This document shows positions 58,505 through 64,000 of a stretch of 64,000 nucleotides of DNA, piece by piece. The translations under genes and the position numbers were made by a program. Location: contig CAVYOX010000005.1 of NCBI GenBank assembly GCA_963770245.1, positions 169-64,168 on the forward strand. The letters run 5' to 3'. Each line of letters begins with the position of its first letter. Position 1 is the stretch's first letter. A model generated the notes under the pieces. That model did no database searches. It was given only the letters and a program-made list of their open reading frames with translations, and was not told the DNA's origin. The stretch comes from an uncultured Acidobacteriaceae bacterium (GTDB lineage Bacteria > Acidobacteriota > Terriglobia > Terriglobales > Acidobacteriaceae).

Positions 58505-58744
58505 TCAGTGCGCCTTCGGCTGCACCAGGCGGCCCGTCCGGGTCATGGTGGCGCAATCGAATTCATACGCCGCCCCGCAGTTGAGGCAGGTCTGATAGTC
58601 CTGGCCATGAGGACCGGTGTGGGGCCAGGTGAACTCATGCCGGCAGCACCATTGCAAGAAGCGCTCTACAAGTCGTTCACCCCTACCTAGCTTTCCCTTT
58701 GGCGCGGCGGATCCGATGGGCACGTAAACACTCCTTGAAGTCAC
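58505..58744 (-). CDS. small Cys-rich (zinc-ribbon-like) hypothetical protein
   Basis: CCRHEF...CLNCG...C pattern. Coding status uncertain. Confidence 0.35.
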   Translation of the reverse strand: MTSRSVYVPIGSAAPKGKLGRGERLVERFLQWCCRHEFTWPHTGPHGQDYQTCLNCGAAYEFDCATMTRTGRLVQPKAH

Positions 58745-59113
58745 GAGAATGGGCAGATCTGATCGGATGCGGTCTCAGGTTAACTCAAACCGCTCTGATG
58801 CGCTTGAAGCATTGGTACATAAGCTCGGGACTCAATGGGTCAGTCTGGTTACCCTTCCGGGGTTACCAGAAAAGCCGCTTCTGGCGCTGCTTTTGGCGCG
58901 TTCCCGACATGTCCATCCGCGCCCGCCGACGCGTCCTGATGCGCACTCTGGCGGTGCCCACTCGAACATCGGGAACGCACACTCCTGTTCAGATGAAAAA
59001 GCCCGGCTTGGCGTTACCCTACAGGTGAACCACAACGCCCATTTAGGGCGCGCACAGACTCCAGCCCATTTCGGGCGTAGCGGCCGAGTTGGGCCGCAAG
59101 AAGGGCAAGCCAA

Positions 59114-60541
59114 ATGAACAGTCCGACTGTACCTGAGACACTACGGCGCAGCTCGAGAGTGCCGTTCGCCCTCCCCATCTTTGTAACCAGTTTGGAGCCG
59201 AGCATTCACTTCTCCGAACTGTGTGAGACGTTGGTGGTCAACGCGCACGGTTGTGCGGTCCGTTCCCCTTCCAAGCTCGATGCCGGCGTCCCCGTGCACA
59301 TTCACCACAAGGAAGGCCGGCAAACCACGGCCTATGTGGTCGACTGCAAGCCGCTCGGGACCGATCACAAGACATGGCTGGTGGCGGCGCAACTGGATCA
59401 GCCGGAAAACTTCTGGGGACTGAAACCCTGTCCCGAGGACTGGATGCGACTCTCGAGTCTGCCCGCGCCCAACGGGCAGCGGTCCCTGAAAGCTGCTTCG
59501 GCCGGCACGAAAACTTCGTTGAAGGTGGTGCCCCACAAAGGCCAGGAGCAACTGGGGGAGGAACGGGTGCGCACGCTGTTTGAGGAAACTCTCGGGCCGC
59601 TGCGTGCCGAAGTCATCGAACTGCGAGAAAAACTGGGCCGGCCGGAGGCCAAGCGCAGCAGCTTTGAAGTCTCGCTGTCGCAAATTCCGCCCGAACTCGA
59701 AGAGCAGCTGTGGATTCGCTTGCGCAAGGAACTGGGAGAGTTGGTCCTCGTGCAATCCCGCCAGCAAGCCGAACAAGTGCTGGCCACCGCCAAAACAACC
59801 ATCGAACAGAACATCCAGTCCGCCCAGGACGAATTTCAGCAGCGGGCGACGCAAGAATTGCAGATGGTTGAGGTACGGGCCAAGCGCTTGTCCGACGAAA
59901 TTGATGACGGCGTGCGCGAGCAGCTCCACTCCGAACTCGAGAACTTCCAGCACCACGCGCTGCAGGCCCGCGTCGAACTCGATCGGCGCAGCGATGAGTT
60001 CTTTCAGGCTCTGCAGCGGCGCCTCGGTCAGGAGAACGATGCGCGTCTGCGGGAAATTGAACAAGTGCAGGCAGCGATCAGCTCCGAGTCCTCGCATCTC
60101 GAGGCCCTGGTCGCCGACCTCGGGGGCCGGGTCGCGACCCTCGATCAATCCACGCGGCAGCTAGAGTCCGGTTTGACGACGCGACTCGGGCAACTGTCGA
60201 GCGAGGTCGTGGCCACCGCGCGTGCCCGACTGGACCAAAACGTGGAAGCGATTCTCACCGAGCTGCAAGAGCGCAGCGCCAAGGAACTCGGCAACCAGCT
60301 CGATGTAGCCTGTGGACGCCTGAAAATGATTCAGAAAGGAATTGAGACCGAGGTTTCCGAATTGCTCAACACGCAAGTGGCCCGAACGCTGCACGCCTTC
60401 GACCACACTGTCGAAGAACGCGCCGGAACCGTGGTGGCCCGTTGGCGCCACTCCCTGGCCAAGGACCTCAGTTCCGTGGCCCGGATTTTGGGCGACGAAG
60501 TCCGCCAGGAGTCAGCCGCCCAGGGCCCGCAGAAGTCGTAA
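59114..60541 (+). CDS. PilZ-like N-terminal domain fused to a long coiled coil
   Basis: LRRSSRVPFALPIFV (RxxxR) and a degenerate VVNAHGCAV. About 330 aa of heptad-like E/Q/L/R-rich sequence follow. Confidence 0.65.
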   Translation: MNSPTVPETLRRSSRVPFALPIFVTSLEPSIHFSELCETLVVNAHGCAVRSPSKLDAGVPVHIHHKEGRQTTAYVVDCKPLGTDHKTWLVAAQLDQPENFWGLKPCPEDWMRLSSLPAPNGQRSLKAASAGTKTSLKVVPHKGQEQLGEERVRTLFEETLGPLRAEVIELREKLGRPEAKRSSFEVSLSQIPPELEEQLWIRLRKELGELVLVQSRQQAEQVLATAKTTIEQNIQSAQDEFQQRATQELQMVEVRAKRLSDEIDDGVREQLHSELENFQHHALQARVELDRRSDEFFQALQRRLGQENDARLREIEQVQAAISSESSHLEALVADLGGRVATLDQSTRQLESGLTTRLGQLSSEVVATARARLDQNVEAILTELQERSAKELGNQLDVACGRLKMIQKGIETEVSELLNTQVARTLHAFDHTVEERAGTVVARWRHSLAKDLSSVARILGDEVRQESAAQGPQKS

Positions 60542-60565
60542 ACAGTTCATCCCCCGAAAGCAGTT

Positions 60566-60609
60566 CCCCTGGTCTCTCGAGCCCCATGGAGAGGCCAGGG
60601 GGATTTTTG
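60566..60609 (+). terminator. rho-independent terminator
   Basis: CCCCTGGTCTCTC...GGAGAGGCCAGGGGG followed by ATTTTTG. Confidence 0.65.
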
Positions 60610-60656
60610 ATCTAGCTCTGCGGTCGGCCTGTGCAAGTGATACGGGTGGTTCGACC

Positions 60657-62630
60657 CTAGGCTTCTTCCTGCTCCTTTAAACTGGCAATCACACTGAAAT
60701 CTTCTAGCGTCGTGGTGTCCCCTTTGACGTCGCCGCTCGTCGCCAGCTCGCGCAGCAGGCGGCGCATGATCTTGCCGCTGCGGGTTTTGGGAAGCGAGTC
60801 GGTGAAGCGGATGTCATCGGGCTTGGCCATGGCGCCAATCTCTTTGGCTACCCACTTGCGCAGTTCTTCTTTCAGCTCCGGCGTGGCCTTGGTTCCCTGC
60901 TCCAGGGTTACAAAGGCGGAGATGGCTTGACCTTTGAGATCGTCGGGGCGGCCGACGACTGCAGCCTCGGCCACGGCCGGATGCGCGACCAGCGCCGACT
61001 CAACCTCCATGGTACTGAGGCGGTGGCCGGAAACGTTGATGACGTCATCCACGCGGCCCATGATCCAGAAGTAACCGTCCTTGTCCTTGCGGGCGCCGTC
61101 GCCGGTGAAATACACCCCGGGAATCTGCGACCAGTATTGCCGCACGTAGCGGTCGGGGTCGCCATAGATGGTGCGCAACATCCCGGGCCAGGGGCGGGTG
61201 AGCACCAGAAACCCGCCCGAGCCATCCGGCACCGGTTTGCCTTCCATGTTCACGATTTCCGCGACCACCCCGGGAATGGGCCGCGTCGCCGAACCGGGCT
61301 TGGTCGCAATCGCGCCGGGAAGCGGCGCAATCATGATGTGCCCGGTCTCGGTCTGCCACCAGGTATCGGTGATGGGACAGCGGTTGTGGCCGATGGCTTC
61401 GCGATACCACATCCAGGCCTCGGGATTGATGGGCTCGCCGACTGTACCGAGCAGACGCAGGCTGTCAAGCTTGTACTTCTTCGGCCACTGGTCGCCCCAC
61501 TTCATGAAAGTACGGATGGCGGTCGGAGCGGTGTAGAAAATATTAACCTGGTGGCGGTCGATCATGCTCCAGAAGCGCCCGAAGTCGGGAAAGTTGGGGG
61601 CGCCTTCGTACATCAGGCTGGTGGCCCCGTTTTGCAGCGGGCCGTAGACGATATAGCTGTGGCCAGTGACCCAGCCGATGTCGGCGGTGCACCAGTAGGT
61701 GTCTTCTTCTTTCAGATCGAAGACCAACTTCGTGGTCAGGTAGGTACCGACTGAATAGCCGCCCGTGGTGTGAACCACGCCTTTCGGCTTGCCGGTCGTG
61801 CCGGAGGTATAGAGGACGTAAAGCGGATGTTCGGCGTCGAGGGGCTCGGCCGGGCATTGCTCGGAGGCCTTGGCCATCAATTCGTGCCACCAATGATCGC
61901 GCCCAGGGTGTAGCTCGATGGGGGAGCCGGTGCGCCGATAGACCACGACCTGCTTGACCGAGGGGCAGGACTTGAGCGCCTCTTCGACAGCCGGATAGAG
62001 CTTGACTTCGGCGCCGCGGCGATAGGAACCGTCCTGCGTGATGACGGCTACGGCTTGCGAGTCGTGGATGCGATCGACCAGGGCGTTCGAAGAGAATCCG
62101 CCAAAGACGACGGTATGCGGAGCGCCAATGCGGGCGCAGGCCAGCATGGCGATCGGCAACTCGGGCGTCATGCCCATGTAGATGGCGACCCGGTCGCCTT
62201 TCGCGACCCCGAGCGACTTCAGGACGTTCGCGAACTTCTTGACTTCCCGATGCAGTTGCTGATAGGTCAGGGTGCGAACTTCTCCAGGCTCGCTCTCCCA
62301 GATCAGCGCGGCTTTGTTCTTGCGCGCGGTCAGCACGTGGCGGTCGAGGCAGTTGTAGGAGAGATTGATCTGGCCGCCCACGAACCACTTGGCCCAGGGA
62401 TTGTCCCATTCGAGGACTTTGTCCCACTTTTTGAACCAATGCAGCTCTTCGGCAATCCGTCCCCAGAATTTCTCCGGCTGCTCGACCGACTCCCGATAGA
62501 TACGTTCGTATTCCTCGAGACTCTTGATGTGAGCGTGCTGGCGGAACTGCTCAGGGCACTCGAACTTGCGGTCTTCGTGCAGGATGGAATCGATGTCGGT
62601 TTCGCGATTGGCCACAGCCTTGTCTGCCAT
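60657..62630 (-). CDS. acs: acetyl-CoA synthetase
   Basis: [10 protein letters not shown]...[19 protein letters not shown]...; 657 aa, collinear with Acs. Confidence 0.95.
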   Translation of the reverse strand: MADKAVANRETDIDSILHEDRKFECPEQFRQHAHIKSLEEYERIYRESVEQPEKFWGRIAEELHWFKKWDKVLEWDNPWAKWFVGGQINLSYNCLDRHVLTARKNKAALIWESEPGEVRTLTYQQLHREVKKFANVLKSLGVAKGDRVAIYMGMTPELPIAMLACARIGAPHTVVFGGFSSNALVDRIHDSQAVAVITQDGSYRRGAEVKLYPAVEEALKSCPSVKQVVVYRRTGSPIELHPGRDHWWHELMAKASEQCPAEPLDAEHPLYVLYTSGTTGKPKGVVHTTGGYSVGTYLTTKLVFDLKEEDTYWCTADIGWVTGHSYIVYGPLQNGATSLMYEGAPNFPDFGRFWSMIDRHQVNIFYTAPTAIRTFMKWGDQWPKKYKLDSLRLLGTVGEPINPEAWMWYREAIGHNRCPITDTWWQTETGHIMIAPLPGAIATKPGSATRPIPGVVAEIVNMEGKPVPDGSGGFLVLTRPWPGMLRTIYGDPDRYVRQYWSQIPGVYFTGDGARKDKDGYFWIMGRVDDVINVSGHRLSTMEVESALVAHPAVAEAAVVGRPDDLKGQAISAFVTLEQGTKATPELKEELRKWVAKEIGAMAKPDDIRFTDSLPKTRSGKIMRRLLRELATSGDVKGDTTTLEDFSVIASLKEQEEA

Positions 62631-62890
62631 GTTCTGGTGTCTCCGAACGAGGGAGGAATCGGCGCAGTGGAGATTTTACCGTGCATACCCGGAATTGTCT
62701 GCCAAGCAGAGTGGCCGGGTGCCTCCGCCGGCCCGCCGGCCAAAGACCGGGCACGGAGCTCTGAAAATGGAGGACATGTCCCAAAGCGAAATCCGACATG
62801 ACCCTTTGCGCGTAACTTCCGCAACCACGGTGGGTTGATTAGATGGAGCCGGAGACATTAAGCTTCGAAAGACGAGGTGATATCACAACC

Positions 62891-63340
62891 ATGAAAGTAT
62901 TCGGCAAGCTTTCCCTCTTATTCCTTTTCCTGGCCGCGATGGCGTCGGTAGCGGCGGCGGACAATCCAGGACGTCATCCCTACTACCTGCACGCGCTCTC
63001 CGATCTGCGGGATGCCCGCGCACACCTGGACAAAATTGGCGCGGATGACCGCATCGACAACGAAGAACAGCATGCCATCGACGAAATTGACCGCGCCATT
63101 GACGAGATCAAGCGCGCCTCAATTGATGACGGCAAGGATATCCATGACCACGTCCGCGTCGATTTGCACATGCCCCGCCGGGGTCGCGTTCGCAAGGCGC
63201 TCGAGCTGTTGGATAAGGCCCATCATGACGTGGCGCAGGAGGAAGATGATCCAAACACCCGTGGCCTGCAAGAGCGCGCGCTTCGTCATATTGACGAGGC
63301 CCATCATACGGTCGAACATATCGTGCATTCCTCGGAATAG
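62891..63340 (+). CDS. secreted His/Asp-rich helical hypothetical protein
   Basis: Signal peptide MKVFGKLSLLFLFLAAMASVAA. Repeated ...HAIDEIDRAIDEIK... and ...RHIDEAHHTVEHIVH. Confidence 0.5.
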   Translation: MKVFGKLSLLFLFLAAMASVAAADNPGRHPYYLHALSDLRDARAHLDKIGADDRIDNEEQHAIDEIDRAIDEIKRASIDDGKDIHDHVRVDLHMPRRGRVRKALELLDKAHHDVAQEEDDPNTRGLQERALRHIDEAHHTVEHIVHSSE

Positions 63341-63375
63341 CCAGCGGTTGAGCTAGGCTCTGACCTGAACCAACC

Positions 63376-63408
63376 AGGGTTCCGCTTCGGCGGAACCCTT
63401 TTGTTGTT
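63376..63408 (+). terminator. rho-independent terminator
   Basis: AGGGTTCCGCttcgGCGGAACCCT followed by TTTGTTGTT. Confidence 0.75.
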
Positions 63409-63410
63409 GG

Positions 63411-63646
63411 CGTGCCCGGAAGGTTGAGGGGCCGATCGCCCTCACGGCCTGCGTCGAGGGCGCCATCGCGCATTGCGACGTGGATTCCTTTGCCCGATGC
63501 GCGGCAATTGGGAGAAGGTCAACCGCGCCATTCGCAAGGCGCTCGAGGAGCTGACCTTGGCCGATATGGCGCTGACGCCCTTCTTCCCGCCGCCGGCAGC
63601 CCTCGTGGGCGCGGGCGAGCCCGTTCTCGCGGACGCGGTCGGCTGA
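63411..63646 (+). pseudogene. 5'-truncated, frameshifted Rrf2-family (IscR/SufR-like) regulator remnant
   Basis: Only the C-terminal part is present, RARKVEGPIALTACVEGAIAHCDVDSF. It then shifts frame at the T-run 63489-63491 to CPMRGNWEKVNRAIRKALEELTLADM...*. The wHTH N-terminal half is absent, and the preceding bases are the terminator of the upstream gene. Confidence 0.5.
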
Positions 63647-63687
63647 GCGCTCGGTCGCGTCGAGACAGTTCCAGGGAGCAAAATGCA

Positions 63688-64000
63688 ATGTCGGTCGCCG
63701 CAAATACGGTCGAGCAGCTCCGCTCGGTCACCGAGGCCAAGTACAAGTACGGCTTCGTCACGGAGATCGAGGAGGACCGGGCACCCAAGGGCCTCTCCGA
63801 GGACACCGTCCGCTTCATCGCCGCCAAGAAGAGCGAGCCCGAGTGGCTCCTCGAATGGCGCCTCAAGGCCTTGCCCGATCGGCTGACCATGACGGAGCCG
63901 AGCTGGGCGCTCGTGCGTTATCCGCCGATCGATTACCAGGAGAGTTATTACTATTCGGCCCCCAAGGCGAAGGCGGGGCCGAAGAGCCTGGGCGAGGTCG
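63688..64000 (+). CDS. sufB: Fe-S cluster assembly protein SufB (N-terminal part, runs off the window)
   Basis: MSVAANTVEQLRSVTEAKYKYGFVTEIEEDRAPKGLSEDTVRFIAAKKSEPEWLLEWRLKAL...YYYSAPK. The frame is open to the window end. Confidence 0.85.
   Translation, partial: MSVAANTVEQLRSVTEAKYKYGFVTEIEEDRAPKGLSEDTVRFIAAKKSEPEWLLEWRLKALPDRLTMTEPSWALVRYPPIDYQESYYYSAPKAKAGPKSLGEV

Noticed and set aside
59141-60148. 335-aa minus-strand ORF
   Set aside because: It is antisense to the PilZ-coiled-coil gene. Repetitive coiled-coil codons (GAG/CAG/CTG) keep the opposite strand open.

Overview
GC-rich bacterial chromosomal segment. Gene content (DUF1111, DUF2339, ECF sigma/anti-sigma, PilZ proteins, split cytochrome b6 with multihaem partners) looks like Acidobacteriota, but that is a guess from family content, not a search result. 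Most of the window is housekeeping or envelope genes: pnp-rpsO, rpsA, acs, rdgB, the start of sufB, an MFS exporter, an LplT-PlsC-Aas fusion and an ECF sigma/anti-sigma pair. Four things stand out. (1) A tightly packed nine-gene minus-strand operon (43582-53940) combines a haem-motif outer-membrane barrel (Cyc2-like architecture), an amicyanin-type cupredoxin and a GltD-like NAD(P)/FAD/Fe-S oxidoreductase. It also encodes Rieske protein, split cytochrome b6/subunit IV, an octahaem cytochrome c, a monohaem lipoprotein and an unknown periplasmic protein. A perfect TGTGAT-N4-ATCACA palindrome lies upstream. (2) The first 6 kb is a decayed accessory patch. It holds an orphan 3' half of tRNA-Arg(ACG), a frameshifted SDR, a frameshifted alpha/beta hydrolase, and a group II intron whose RT gene is frameshifted four times. 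That RT gene is also split by a second, ORF-less group II intron (a nested or twintron arrangement). (3) Single-base frameshifts recur only in accessory genes (SDR, hydrolase, RHH antitoxin, SRPBCC, Rrf2 remnant). All long conserved ORFs are intact. (4) A secreted protein is built from near-identical 240-bp tandem repeats. I saw no rRNA genes, intact tRNA genes, CRISPR arrays or transposases. All coordinates come from hand-reading the sequence and the ORF track. Start codons are best guesses, and family calls are from motif recognition only.
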